In this document: positions 9,014 to 18,885 of the stretch, in pieces
Numbering within the stretch: the first letter of the stretch is position 1
Layout of the letters: the number at the start of each line of letters is the position of its first letter
Assembly: GCA_963780225.1 (NCBI GenBank)
Contig: CAWAAX010000026.1
Location: 128,001 to 192,000 of the forward strand
Source: an uncultured bacterium
Lineage (GTDB): Bacteria; Edwardsbacteria; AC1; EtOH8
Direction of reading: 5' to 3'
Length of the DNA stretch: 64,000 bases
Translations under genes and position numbers: made by a program
The notes under the pieces: model-generated
The model's input: only the letters and a program-made list of their open reading frames with translations
Databases searched by the model: none
What the model was told of the DNA's origin: nothing

Positions 9014-9646
9014 ATGAAAGACAAGATAAAAATACCCGACTCGGCCATCCGGCGGCTGTCCCTGTACCACCGGCATCTGGCCAGCCTGCAGTCATTGGGC
9101 GTGGAGACCATCTCCTCGCGCGAGATCGCCACGGTCTACGGCCTGGCCCCGTTTCAGGTGCGCAAGGACCTTTCCTATTTCGGAACCTTCGGCCACCGGG
9201 GGCGGGGATACTCCATCATCAAGCTCAGGGAGAAGATCGGGAAGATCCTGGGGCTGGACCGGGCCTGGACGATGGCCCTGGTGGGGGCCGGCAACATCGG
9301 AATGGCGGTGTTCCGCTACCAGGAACTGCGTAGCCAGGGATTCAAGATCGCGGCGGTGTTCGACTCCGACCCCAAAAAGATCGGGAAGAAACTGGAGAGC
9401 GGAGTGGTGGTGAAGGCGCTGGACCAGATCCCGTCAGAGGTCCAAAAGCTGGGAATCGAACTGGGGGTGCTGGCGGTGCCGTCGGAGGCGGCCCAGGCAG
9501 CAGCCGATTCCCTGACGGCCGCCGGGGTCAAGGCCATACTATGCTTCCCCAGCGGGCAGATCAACGTTCCCAAGGACGTGGCGGTGAAGCGGGTGAACCT
9601 GGGTGTGGATCTGGAGACCCTGAGCTATTTTCTGGCAAACAGATAG
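9014..9646 (+). CDS. rex: Redox-sensing transcriptional repressor Rex
   Basis: IRRLSLYHR, QVRKDLSYFG..G.RG.GY, VGAGNIG. Confidence 0.93.
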   Translation: MKDKIKIPDSAIRRLSLYHRHLASLQSLGVETISSREIATVYGLAPFQVRKDLSYFGTFGHRGRGYSIIKLREKIGKILGLDRAWTMALVGAGNIGMAVFRYQELRSQGFKIAAVFDSDPKKIGKKLESGVVVKALDQIPSEVQKLGIELGVLAVPSEAAQAAADSLTAAGVKAILCFPSGQINVPKDVAVKRVNLGVDLETLSYFLANR

Positions 9647-9783
9647 CGGAGCGAGACGCCGATCTTTATTAGGAACCCATGAAGCCATGAAAATTCCTGC
9701 ATTCCTGGCTTCCTTATAAAATTGCTTCAGGTTTCGGTAGAATAACATTTCACACATAATATACCATCGGAGATTTGTACATC

Positions 9784-11169
9784 ATGCAAAAGCACATCGT
9801 GGTGATCGGCGGGGGGCCGGCCGGGTACGTGGGGGCCATCCGGGCCGCCCAACTGGGGGCCAAGGTAACATTGATAGAAAAAGAGAACCTGGGCGGTACC
9901 TGTCTTAACGTGGGATGCATCCCCACCAAGGCTTTGCTGGCCTCGGCCGCGGTCTACAGCCATTTCAAATCGGCCGGGCAGTTCGGACTAAAGGCGGAAA
10001 ATATCGGCTTTGACTGGGGAGCCGTACAAAAGCGCAAGGAACGGGTGGTCAAAAAGTCCACCGCCGGGGTGGGACTGCTGCTTAAAGCCAGATCGGTGGA
10101 AGTGATCGCCGGGCAGGCCAAATTACTGGCCGGCAAAAAGGTTCAGGTCACGGATGCTTCCGGCAAACAGCAGACATTGGAGCCGGACATGATCCTGATC
10201 GCCACCGGCTCGGAGCCGGTAGCCTTGAACATTCCCGGAGCCGGCCTGCCCGGCGTGGTGGACAGCACTGGGGCATTGGCCTTTTCGGAAGTTCCTAAGG
10301 ACCTGGTGATCATCGGCGGCGGGGTGATAGGCTGCGAGATGGCCGACATCTATTCCACCTTCGGCTCCAAGGTCACCATCGTGGAGATGATGCCCCAGAT
10401 CCTTCCCGGCGAGGACGCCGAGGCGGCCAGGGTGCTGCACCAGGCGCTGGCCAAGCATGGGGTGGATATCCATCTGGAAGCCAAAGTGGAGGAGATCAGG
10501 CAGGCCGGGCCCGGCCTGGCGGTGATCGTTAAATTGAAAGACGGACAGACGCTGGAGATAACGGCCCAGAATGTTTTGATGAGCGTGGGGCGCCGGGCTT
10601 TCATCAAGGACATCGGCTTGGAGGAGGCCGGGGTAGCCATAGAAAGGAATTTTATTAAAATAGACGCCCGGATGGAGACCAGCGTCACAGATATTTATGC
10701 GGCCGGGGATTGCACCGGTGGCTGGCTTTTAGCCCACGTGGCCTCGGCCGAGGCCGAAGCGGCGGTGGAGAACATGCTGGGGCACAGCGCCGGGCTGGAT
10801 TATTCCGCCGTTCCCCGCTGCGTATACACCCACCCCGAGATCGCCTCGGTGGGGATCCTGGAGCGGCCGGAGAACAAGGATGATATCCTGGTAGGAAAAT
10901 TCCCCTTTTCGGCCAGCGGCAAGGCCGGCTGCCTGGGCCAGCCCGAGGGTTTTGTCAAGGTGATCGCCGACAAGCTGTCTCAAGAGATAATCGGCGGGGT
11001 TATTGCCGGGCCCCAGGCCACCGAACTGATCGCCGAACTGAGCCTGGCGGTAAGCTCCAAGCTGAAACTGGAGGAACTGATCGAGGCCATCCATGCCCAT
11101 CCCACCCTGCACGAATCGGTGCGGGAAGCGGCCCTGCAGGCCTTGGGCCGGGCCATACACCTGCCGTAA
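9784..11169 (+). CDS. lpdA: Dihydrolipoyl dehydrogenase
   Basis: GGGPAGY, GGTCLNVGCIPTK, IHAHPTLHE. Confidence 0.93.
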   Translation: MQKHIVVIGGGPAGYVGAIRAAQLGAKVTLIEKENLGGTCLNVGCIPTKALLASAAVYSHFKSAGQFGLKAENIGFDWGAVQKRKERVVKKSTAGVGLLLKARSVEVIAGQAKLLAGKKVQVTDASGKQQTLEPDMILIATGSEPVALNIPGAGLPGVVDSTGALAFSEVPKDLVIIGGGVIGCEMADIYSTFGSKVTIVEMMPQILPGEDAEAARVLHQALAKHGVDIHLEAKVEEIRQAGPGLAVIVKLKDGQTLEITAQNVLMSVGRRAFIKDIGLEEAGVAIERNFIKIDARMETSVTDIYAAGDCTGGWLLAHVASAEAEAAVENMLGHSAGLDYSAVPRCVYTHPEIASVGILERPENKDDILVGKFPFSASGKAGCLGQPEGFVKVIADKLSQEIIGGVIAGPQATELIAELSLAVSSKLKLEELIEAIHAHPTLHESVREAALQALGRAIHLP

Positions 11170-11265
11170 GAAATATTTTACCACCAGATATTTATCCATC
11201 CCCGTCCCTACGGGGCTATAATTTACATCTCCCCCACAAACAGCAAATATTTTTCAAAAAATACC

Positions 11266-11294
11266 TTGACACCATCTGATTTTAGTATTATCAT
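11266..11294 (+). promoter_or_regulatory. Sigma70-type promoter
   Basis: TTGACA(11266)-17 nt-TATCAT(11289). Confidence 0.55.
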
Positions 11295-11353
11295 AAATAC
11301 ATAACCTGATGGGATGAAAAACATAATGGCCTGTTTGTGATCACACTTTGCAC

Positions 11354-11441
11354 AAAAAGAAACAGGAGAGCGGCGCGTAACACCACCTCGTCATCTGGAG
11401 TAAAAGAGACCGGGGCTTGAGCGGCTCTCCTGTTTTCTTTT
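11354..11441 (+). ncRNA. Candidate structured RNA (long rod hairpin ending in a U-tract)
   Basis: AAAAAGAAACAGGAGAG pairs with CTCTCCTGTTTTCTTTTT; inner stems and asymmetric internal loop GTAACACCA/CTTGA; no family recognised. Confidence 0.4.
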
Positions 11442-11486
11442 TCCGGAGAACTTTTACTTGGTTTGCCTGTTTGTTATTTGTTTCAG

Positions 11487-11669
11487 TGGCCGGTGGTTTC
11501 TATGCATCGACTTTGCTCAGCACAGGTACGCCCCGCCGTCGGCTGAGTGGCTGGCATTTCGATGCGCTTAAACTACTTGGGCTGAGTTCATCGAAGCCCT
11601 CAATGTCCAGCCGTACTTGTGCTGAGTGTATCGAAGCATCGAAACCAGGCGGGGCACTCAACCACCGGC
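11487..11669. repeat. Nested cluster of TTCGA..CTCAG / CTGAG..TCGAA REP-like elements
   Basis: Outer GCCGGTGGTT...AACCACCGGC enclosing several GCTGAG..ATCGAAGC units. Confidence 0.65.
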
Positions 11670-11743
11670 TATACTAAGACCGGGCATGCAGGCATGGTAA
11701 TGTTTCTCCAAGAAATGACCAACTTTCAAATTCCAAATCGCAA

Positions 11744-14700
11744 ATGTATCAGGACGACCAAAATAAAAAACGCCTGATCCGCCTAGCGGCCATTCACTTG
11801 TTGCTGGGCCTGGGCTTTCTTTTGTTTACCGAACTGGTCCTTCCCTGGATGGAGGACAATCCGGCCCGGTTGTTTCTGCTTTCTGGTCTCAGCTGGATGG
11901 TTTTTATTTCGGTAGCCTTTTTCTTGGTCTATCGCCATCTCAAGCGCCCGTTTCAGCCCGATCCGGACCATTTCTGGGATAAGAACCAGGAGATCAGCCT
12001 GCCGGCCCTCAAGCGGACGGTGGAGGACATGCAGCTGGGGGTGACCGTTTCCGATCTGACCGGAAAGATAATCTACGTCAACCCAGCCGAGGCTCGGATG
12101 CACGGGTATGACCAGCAGGAACTGATCGGCGATGACATCGGGCGTTTCGCTGCTCCGGAACAAAGACATCCCATGAGTTTGGACGAGCTTCAAAAGCTAA
12201 AACGCTGGAAACGCGAAAGCATCAATATCACCAAAGAGGGCAAGCAGTTTCCGGTGCTGTTGCTGTCCGACCTGATCCTTGACAGCCGGGGGCAGCCGGC
12301 CGCCATCGTTACCACCTGCCAGGATATCTCTGACCGCAAGCAGATCGAGCAGGAACTACAGGAAAACGAACAACAGTACCGCCAGCTGGTGGAGAGCGCC
12401 CACGAGATGATACTCAGTCTGTCTCCTTCCGGGCGCATTACTTTTGTCAACCAGGCCTGGCTGGCGGCCATGGGCTACAGCTGGAGCCAAAGCCAGAACA
12501 TGCCTTTTTGTGACACGGTGGACGCCGAGTCCAAGCAGATCTGCCGTCAGGCCTTTTCCCGGGTAATGACAGGCGTTACCTGGAATAATCTGGAAATCAC
12601 CTTTGTGGCTGCCGATGACCGGGAAATAGTGGCCGAGGGCAACCTGACCCCGCAGTATTATCAAGGCAAGGTTAAAGGAGCGCTGGGGGTTTTCCGGGAT
12701 ATCACCCAAAAGAAGGCGATAGAGGATCTGCTGCGGCGCAGCGAAAATCATTACCGGATGCTGATCAAGAACGTCAGCGACATGATAATAGTGCTGGACT
12801 CCGACGGCACCATCCGTTACCAGAGTCCCTCGGTGGAGGCCGTTACCGGTTTCCGGTTTCAGGAGAGCAAGGGACGGCCCGTCTTCGACTATATCCACCC
12901 CGATGATCTGCCGGCGGCGGAAAAATTGTTCAAGACCTACATTAAGCAGCCGGGCCCGGCTCCCGCTTTGGAGCTGAAGATCAAAAGCAAGCAGGGCCAG
13001 TGGATATTCGTGGAGGCTCTGGCCAACAACCTTTTAGGCGATCCGGCCATCAGCGGCATAGTGGTCAATGCCCGTGATATCACGGGCCGCCGCCGGATGG
13101 AACAGAAGATCCTGGAAAGCGAGGAGAAGCACCGCCGGCTGTTAAACAGTATCCAGTCCCCGGTACTGGCCCTAAAAAAGGACCTGACCATCTATTACTG
13201 CAACCAGGCCTACTCCGACTTCGTGGGCCGGCCGATCCTGGAATTGGAAGGCCGCAACCTGGCGGAACTTATTCCCTCGTTCAAAAACAACCAATCATAC
13301 GCCGCTTATCTTAAAGCCATTGAAACCGGGCAGGACCAGGTTGCCGAAGGTTTGGTCCGGGGCGTATATTTGAGAACTCGGATATTCTCCATGGACTGGG
13401 GGATACTTGACATCTCTGAGGATATTACCTCCCAGCAGGCGGCGGTGGAGTCGGTGAAATACAGCGAGGAACGGTTCCGGTTACTGGCCGACTCGGCGGC
13501 CGACGCTATCGTCAGCATCAATCAACGGGGCAAGATAATATTTTGGAACAAGGCGGCCGAAAATATCTTCGGGTACTCCTCCGCCCAGGCCTTGGGTCAG
13601 GATTCGGACATGCTGATCCCCGAGCGTTTTAGAGGTCTCCAGCAGAAGGGCTTTAAACAGTTGATTGTGGATAGCCCGGCCGGGAACCGGACGGAGTCCT
13701 TGGAACTATATTGCCTGCGCCGGGACGGACGGGAGATGCCTATGGAACTTGCGGTTTCGGCGGCTTCGGTGATGGGGCAGAATGTCTATACCGCAATAAT
13801 AAGGGATGTTACCGAGCGCCGGGATATCGAAAAACAGCTCAAGTTCCTGTCTTTCCATGACTCGCTGACCGGGCTTTATAACCGGGCTTATTTTGAGGAG
13901 GAGATGGAGCGTCTGTCCAAGGCCCGGCTGGATTCGGTGGGCCTGCTGATCAGCGATGTGGACGGCCTGAAGCTGGTCAACGACACTATGGGACACAAAA
14001 CCGGGGACGGCCTGCTGGTAGTGATAGCCGGGATCATCACCGATGCCTGCCGCCAGGGCGACGTGGTGGCCCGGATCGGCGGAGACGAATTCGCCGCCAT
14101 CCTGCCTAATTGTACCGTGGAAGCCATAGAACAGGTATGCTCCAGGATCCGCCAGGTCACCACGGAATACAACGGGAAAAATCCGGAGCTGCCGCTTAGC
14201 CTTTCATTGGGTTGGGCAGTACGGCCGGGCAAGGATTTGGACACCAACCGGCTTTTCCATACCGCCGACGATGAGATGTACCGGGAAAAGGTCAACAATC
14301 ATGATGTGATGGTCAAGAATTTCATCCAGGCTCTGCAGAAAAAAAACCTAAGCAGCGAGGAGCAGATCCTCCAATTGGGGGAATTGATGAAAGAACTGGC
14401 CCAGGCGGCCGGGCTGGGGGGGAATTCATTGGCGGAGATGGATCTGTTGGCCCGTTACCACGACATCGGCAACGTGCTGGTGGCTGACAATATTTTGTTG
14501 AAAGCCGGACACTTGAACCGGACCGAGGAAGATGAAATGAAACGGCACTGCGAGATCGGTTACCATATCGCGCTATCTACCCCCCATCTTATGGCGGTGG
14601 CCGAAAAGATACTTAAACACCACGAGCGCTGGGACGGAAAGGGATACCCCCAGGGGCTGAAGGGCCAGAAGATCCCGATAGAATCACGGATCCTGGCCCT

Positions 14701-14878
14701 GGCTGCGGCCTATAGTGCCATGCGCCAGAACCGGCCCCACGCCAAGGCCATGACCCATCAGCAGGCCTTGGAAGAAATAAAGAAGGAATCGGGTAAGCAG
14801 TTTGATCCGGAACTGGTAACCAAATTCCTGAAACTGGCTCACAAGTGGAAGGAACAGCTGGTGACCAAGACCGAGTGA
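11744..14878 (+). CDS. Membrane-anchored multi-PAS diguanylate cyclase with C-terminal (degenerate) HD-GYP domain
   Basis: Two TM helices, about five PAS/PAC repeats, HDSLTGLYNR, RQGD I-site, GGDEF, YHDIG, HHERWDGKGYP. Confidence 0.9.
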   Translation: MYQDDQNKKRLIRLAAIHLLLGLGFLLFTELVLPWMEDNPARLFLLSGLSWMVFISVAFFLVYRHLKRPFQPDPDHFWDKNQEISLPALKRTVEDMQLGVTVSDLTGKIIYVNPAEARMHGYDQQELIGDDIGRFAAPEQRHPMSLDELQKLKRWKRESINITKEGKQFPVLLLSDLILDSRGQPAAIVTTCQDISDRKQIEQELQENEQQYRQLVESAHEMILSLSPSGRITFVNQAWLAAMGYSWSQSQNMPFCDTVDAESKQICRQAFSRVMTGVTWNNLEITFVAADDREIVAEGNLTPQYYQGKVKGALGVFRDITQKKAIEDLLRRSENHYRMLIKNVSDMIIVLDSDGTIRYQSPSVEAVTGFRFQESKGRPVFDYIHPDDLPAAEKLFKTYIKQPGPAPALELKIKSKQGQWIFVEALANNLLGDPAISGIVVNARDITGRRRMEQKILESEEKHRRLLNSIQSPVLALKKDLTIYYCNQAYSDFVGRPILELEGRNLAELIPSFKNNQSYAAYLKAIETGQDQVAEGLVRGVYLRTRIFSMDWGILDISEDITSQQAAVESVKYSEERFRLLADSAADAIVSINQRGKIIFWNKAAENIFGYSSAQALGQDSDMLIPERFRGLQQKGFKQLIVDSPAGNRTESLELYCLRRDGREMPMELAVSAASVMGQNVYTAIIRDVTERRDIEKQLKFLSFHDSLTGLYNRAYFEEEMERLSKARLDSVGLLISDVDGLKLVNDTMGHKTGDGLLVVIAGIITDACRQGDVVARIGGDEFAAILPNCTVEAIEQVCSRIRQVTTEYNGKNPELPLSLSLGWAVRPGKDLDTNRLFHTADDEMYREKVNNHDVMVKNFIQALQKKNLSSEEQILQLGELMKELAQAAGLGGNSLAEMDLLARYHDIGNVLVADNILLKAGHLNRTEEDEMKRHCEIGYHIALSTPHLMAVAEKILKHHERWDGKGYPQGLKGQKIPIESRILALAAAYSAMRQNRPHAKAMTHQQALEEIKKESGKQFDPELVTKFLKLAHKWKEQLVTKTE

Positions 14879-14996
14879 CCGGAAAAATCAACAGGATCTT
14901 TTTTGGAAAGCCGCCCAGCAAGGATGGGCGGCTTGTTCTTTTCCGGCAATCGGAGAGCTGTTCCGGGTAAAGCCTGTTATTCATTCGCAAATTTCA

Positions 14997-15128
14997 AATT
15001 GCCACGAGCTTTAGCTCGTGGGTTAGGATCAGGAAAATATTCTTCGGGTTTTTAACCCCCTAACTTTATGGGCTAAAGCCCATATCTTTCTAGTTTTTCA
15101 TTGCCACGGTCTAAAGACCGTGGCAATG
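14997..15128. mobile_element. Non-autonomous palindromic element with TAAA/TTTA-loop hairpins (IS200/IS605-end-like MITE)
   Basis: CCACGAGC-TTTA-GCTCGTGG, TATGGGC-TAAA-GCCCATA, CATTGCCACGGTC-TAAA-GACCGTGGCAATG; termini ATTGCCACG...CGTGGCAAT are inverted. Confidence 0.55.
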
Positions 15129-15300
15129 TTGTCCCGAATTCTTGCCAATCATATAGTTTTCAAGCCATTCCCTCCGGCTACCTGAATCTAAGAAACCGGA
15201 ATCATGGGTTGATTTTACCGGCAAAATATGATAAAATGATATGTTTTAGTAAGCTTTCGAAAATCGAAAAATATACAAATAAAATCAGGAGGTAGCCGCC

Positions 15301-16638
15301 ATGTCTTCCCCCAAAAGACCGATCTTTAAAACCGCCCTGCCGGGACCCAAAGCCAAGGCCATCGTCAAGCGGGACCAATGTTCACTTTCGCCCTCCTACA
15401 CCCGCGACTATCCGGCGGTGATCGACCGGGGCCAGGGGGTCTGGCTGACCGACGTGGACGGCAATGTGATGCTGGACTTTTGCGCCGGGATAGCGGTCAA
15501 CTCCACCGGCCACAGCCACCCCAAGGTGGTGGAGGCCATCAAGCGCCAGGCCGAAAAGTTCATCCATTATTCCGGAACCGATTTCTATTACGAGCCCGAA
15601 GTGGCCCTGGCCGAGCGGCTCAATTCCATCTCGCCCACCGGCAAGGACAACCGGGTGTTCTTCTGCAACTCCGGGGCCGAGGCGGTCGAGGGCGCGCTTA
15701 AGCTGGCCCGCTACCACACCGGCCGGCCCCAGTTCATCTCCTTCATCGGGGCCTTCCACGGACGGACCATGGGGGCGGTCTCCTGCACCGGCTCCAAGCC
15801 CACCCAGAAGAAGGGGTTCTTTCCCACCATGCCCGGGGTTACCCACGTTCCCTACCCCAACTGTTATCACTGCGTATTCAACAAGACCTATCCCGGCTGC
15901 AGCCTGGAATGCGTCAAATACATAGAGAACACCGTCCTTAAGACCTTCCTGCCCCCGGAGGAAGTGGCCGGGCTGATTATCGAGCCCATCCAGGGCGAGG
16001 GCGGATACGTGGTACCGCCGGTGGCGGCCATGCAGGCCATCCGCAAGCTGTGCGACAAGCACGGGATCCTTCTGATAGCCGACGAGATCCAGTCAGGCAT
16101 GGGCCGGACCGGAAAATGGTTCGCCGTCGAGCACTGCAAGGTCAGGCCGGACATCATCACCGTGGCCAAGGGCATAGCCAGCGGCATGCCGATGGGGGCC
16201 ATCATCGCCTCGGCCGCAGTGATGAACTGGAAACCGGGCAGCCACGGCAACACCTTCAGCGGGAACCCGGTCTGCTGCGCCGCCGGCATCGCCACCTTCG
16301 ATCTGATCCAGGGCGGCCTGATGAAGAACGCCACCACCGTCGGCGCTTACATGATGGCCGAGTTCAAGAAGATGCAGAAAAAATACGACATCATCGGCGA
16401 CGTGCGGGGCCAGGGCCTGATGATAGGGGTGGAGATGGTGGAAAGCAAGAAGACCAAGGTCAAGTCCCACGACAAAATGGAGGCCGTCATCCAGCTGGCC
16501 TTCACCAAAGGACTGCTGATGCTGGGCTGCGGCACCAACACCCTCAGGATCTGCCCGCCCCTGGTGATCACCAAAGAAGAGGCCAAGGTGGGGATGGAGA
16601 TCATGGAACAGTGCATCAAGAAAGTGGCCGGGAAATAA
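15301..16638 (+). CDS. Class-III PLP aminotransferase (4-aminobutyrate/acetylornithine aminotransferase family)
   Basis: NSGAEAVE, FHGRT, EPIQGEGG, DEIQSGMGRTG, AKGIASG; AGGAGG RBS. Confidence 0.9.
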   Translation: MSSPKRPIFKTALPGPKAKAIVKRDQCSLSPSYTRDYPAVIDRGQGVWLTDVDGNVMLDFCAGIAVNSTGHSHPKVVEAIKRQAEKFIHYSGTDFYYEPEVALAERLNSISPTGKDNRVFFCNSGAEAVEGALKLARYHTGRPQFISFIGAFHGRTMGAVSCTGSKPTQKKGFFPTMPGVTHVPYPNCYHCVFNKTYPGCSLECVKYIENTVLKTFLPPEEVAGLIIEPIQGEGGYVVPPVAAMQAIRKLCDKHGILLIADEIQSGMGRTGKWFAVEHCKVRPDIITVAKGIASGMPMGAIIASAAVMNWKPGSHGNTFSGNPVCCAAGIATFDLIQGGLMKNATTVGAYMMAEFKKMQKKYDIIGDVRGQGLMIGVEMVESKKTKVKSHDKMEAVIQLAFTKGLLMLGCGTNTLRICPPLVITKEEAKVGMEIMEQCIKKVAGK

Positions 16639-16804
16639 CTCGCCACAGAGACACGGAGACACAGAGGATAATTATTCTATAGTGTCTACAATTAGTTTAG
16701 CCGAATTGAAATAATTCCGTGTTTTTAAATTTCCGTGTTTCAGTGGTATGGCACCAGGAAGAACCTATCAGTCATAATAATCATATAAATATAGGAGCGG
16801 CGAT

Positions 16805-18037
16805 ATGTCCAAAAGCAAGGATATGATCCGGATGACCGAGAAATACGGAGCCCACAATTACCATCCGCTGCCGGTGGTGATCAGCAAGGCCCAGGGGATC
16901 TGGGTCTGGGACGTGGAAGGAAAGAAATATTTAGACATGCTTTCCGCCTATTCGGCGGTTAACCAGGGGCACCGGCACCCGGCCATCATCAAGGCTATGG
17001 TCAAGCAGGCCGGCCGCCTGACCCTGACCAGCCGGGCCTTTCACAACGACCAGCTGGGGCCGTTCCTGAGGAAGCTCTGCCAGTTTTCCCAGATGGAAGC
17101 AGCCCTACCCATGAACACCGGGGCCGAGGCGGTGGAGACTGCCATCAAGCTGGCCCGCAAATGGGGCTACGAAAAGAAGAAGATCACCCGGAACCAGGCC
17201 GAGATCATAGTCTGCGCCGAGAACTTCCACGGACGGACCACCACCATCGTGGGCTTCTCCACCGATCCCGACGCCTACGAGGGCTTCGGGCCGGCCACCC
17301 CGGGCTTCAAGATAGTCCCCTACAACAGCCCCGAGGAGATGGAGAAGGCCATCACCCTTAATACCGTGGCCTTCATGGTAGAGCCGGTCCAGGGCGAGGC
17401 CGGGGTCATCGTTCCCGATAAGGGCTACCTGACCAAGTGCAAGGAGATCTGCCGCCGCCACAACATCCTGTTCATCCTGGACGAGGTCCAGACCGGGTTC
17501 TGCCGCACCGGCAAGCCCTTCTGCTGGCAGCACGAGAACGCCAAGCCGGATGTGATGATCGTGGGCAAGGCTTTGGGCGGGGGGATCTACCCTGTCTCGG
17601 CGGTGCTGACCCGCTGGAACGTGATGGACGTGATCAAGCCCGGCCAGCACGGCAGCACCTTCGGCGGCAACCCGCTGGCCTGCGCCATCGGCAGCGCGGC
17701 CCTGGACGTTTTGAAAAAACAGGCTTTGGACAAGAAGGCCCGGGAGATGGGAGATTATTTCCGCAAGCAGATCCGTGGCCTAAAGACCAATAAAATCAAA
17801 GAGGTCCGCGGCCTGGGCCTGTTGACCGGGGTGGAGCTGAAGGTCGAGGCCGGCAAGGCCCGCCCCTACTGCGAACGGATGATGAAGCTGGGGATGCTGG
17901 CCAAGGACACCCACTCCCAGACCATCCGCTTTGCCCCGCCGCTGGTGATCACCAAGAAGGAAGTGGACTGGGCCGTCAAGCTGATAGCCAAGGCGCTGGA
18001 GCTGGACGTGCCGGTAAGCAAGAACGAAGCGCACTGA
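16805..18037 (+). CDS. rocD: Ornithine--oxo-acid aminotransferase
   Basis: YGAHNYHPLPVV, LSAYSAVNQGH, LTLTSRAFHND, LPMNTGAEAVETA, HGSTFGGNPLA. Confidence 0.93.
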   Translation: MSKSKDMIRMTEKYGAHNYHPLPVVISKAQGIWVWDVEGKKYLDMLSAYSAVNQGHRHPAIIKAMVKQAGRLTLTSRAFHNDQLGPFLRKLCQFSQMEAALPMNTGAEAVETAIKLARKWGYEKKKITRNQAEIIVCAENFHGRTTTIVGFSTDPDAYEGFGPATPGFKIVPYNSPEEMEKAITLNTVAFMVEPVQGEAGVIVPDKGYLTKCKEICRRHNILFILDEVQTGFCRTGKPFCWQHENAKPDVMIVGKALGGGIYPVSAVLTRWNVMDVIKPGQHGSTFGGNPLACAIGSAALDVLKKQALDKKAREMGDYFRKQIRGLKTNKIKEVRGLGLLTGVELKVEAGKARPYCERMMKLGMLAKDTHSQTIRFAPPLVITKKEVDWAVKLIAKALELDVPVSKNEAH

Positions 18038-18052
18038 ACTTGGTTGACTAAA

Positions 18053-18095
18053 TAAAAGGCCGTTCCCAAATTGTTGGGAACGGTCTTTCTCTTTT
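18053..18095. terminator. Intrinsic terminator
   Basis: AAAGGCCGTTCCCAA-att-gTTGGGAACGGTCTTT followed by T-rich tail. Confidence 0.7.
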
Positions 18096-18130
18096 GCGAA
18101 AAAATAGAAACTGCTATTAAAGGGCAGTTT

Positions 18131-18481
18131 CTATTTTTTATTGGTTTTAAACCATTTAATTATCGAGGCGATGAACTCGTCTATCAGGCGGGTTGACGGC
18201 GTATCTAATTTATCCAACCGGCCGGTGATGCGGTGGACGACTATTTCTTTTTCGGTGGCCGGTTTGCCGCCGGGCAGGGTTATTAGTTCAGTGACCCCCA
18301 TGCCCATTGCCGAGGCTATTTTTTCCGCGGTTTTCAGCGAGGGATTGAACACGCCGCGTTCCAGGGCACCGATCGTGGTATAGTCCAACCCGGACCGTTC
18401 GGCCAGTTGTTCCTGGGTCAGGCCCCGGGCTTTTCGCAGTTCGCGGATGCGCTTTCCTATCAGTTGCTTTTGGTTTGGCAT
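18131..18481 (-). CDS. XRE-family HTH transcriptional regulator
   Basis: IGKRIRELRKARGLTQEQLAERSGL...ERG..NPSL; start could be 18502. Confidence 0.88.
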   Translation of the reverse strand: MPNQKQLIGKRIRELRKARGLTQEQLAERSGLDYTTIGALERGVFNPSLKTAEKIASAMGMGVTELITLPGGKPATEKEIVVHRITGRLDKLDTPSTRLIDEFIASIIKWFKTNKK

Positions 18482-18666
18482 TGTTCTGCTCACTTTCACC
18501 ATTTTGTGATTATAAATGAAAAGAGCATTAAATCGTGAATGTTCCCCTTAGGTCAATATAAACACGGTTTTCATTGTTTGTCAATCCCGGTGCATGAAAA
18601 TATATTTTATACCTGGCCGGTCTAAATCGGAGCATTAAAAATATCATATAAAACACATTATTTTGC

Positions 18667-18695
18667 TTGACACAATAAGATTATTATCGTATTAT
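18667..18695 (+). promoter_or_regulatory. Sigma70-type promoter upstream of the large secreted protein
   Basis: TTGACA(18667)-17 nt-TATTAT(18690). Confidence 0.55.
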
Positions 18696-18835
18696 CATAA
18701 ACAATTGTTTTAGATAAAATACAGGGTTTCGGAATTCAATAATAGTGAATACAACATTTTAAAGCAAATTTTAACAATTATAAAGCTTTTTAATGGAAAC
18801 CCTAAACAAAACAGCATATCTTGGCATAACATTTG

Positions 18836-18885
18836 CCAGACCAGACCAGACCAGACCAGACCAGACCAGACCAGACCAGACCAGA
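18836..18885. repeat. (CCAGA)10 pentanucleotide microsatellite
   Basis: Ten perfect CCAGA units. Confidence 0.97.

Noticed and set aside
11334..11355. TTGTGATCACACTTTGCACAA as a Rex operator
   Set aside because: Half-site spacing is 3 nt too long for the 18-bp Rex consensus.
11354..11441. c-di-GMP riboswitch, SRP RNA or group II intron domain V
   Set aside because: I could not find the diagnostic motifs (GGCAAA/GNRA receptor, TCAGG..GGAAGCAG, GAGCCG..GAAA..CACGTACGG).
18131..18481. Restriction-modification controller (C) protein
   Set aside because: Generic XRE similarity only; no adjacent DNA methyltransferase or endonuclease and no C-box seen.
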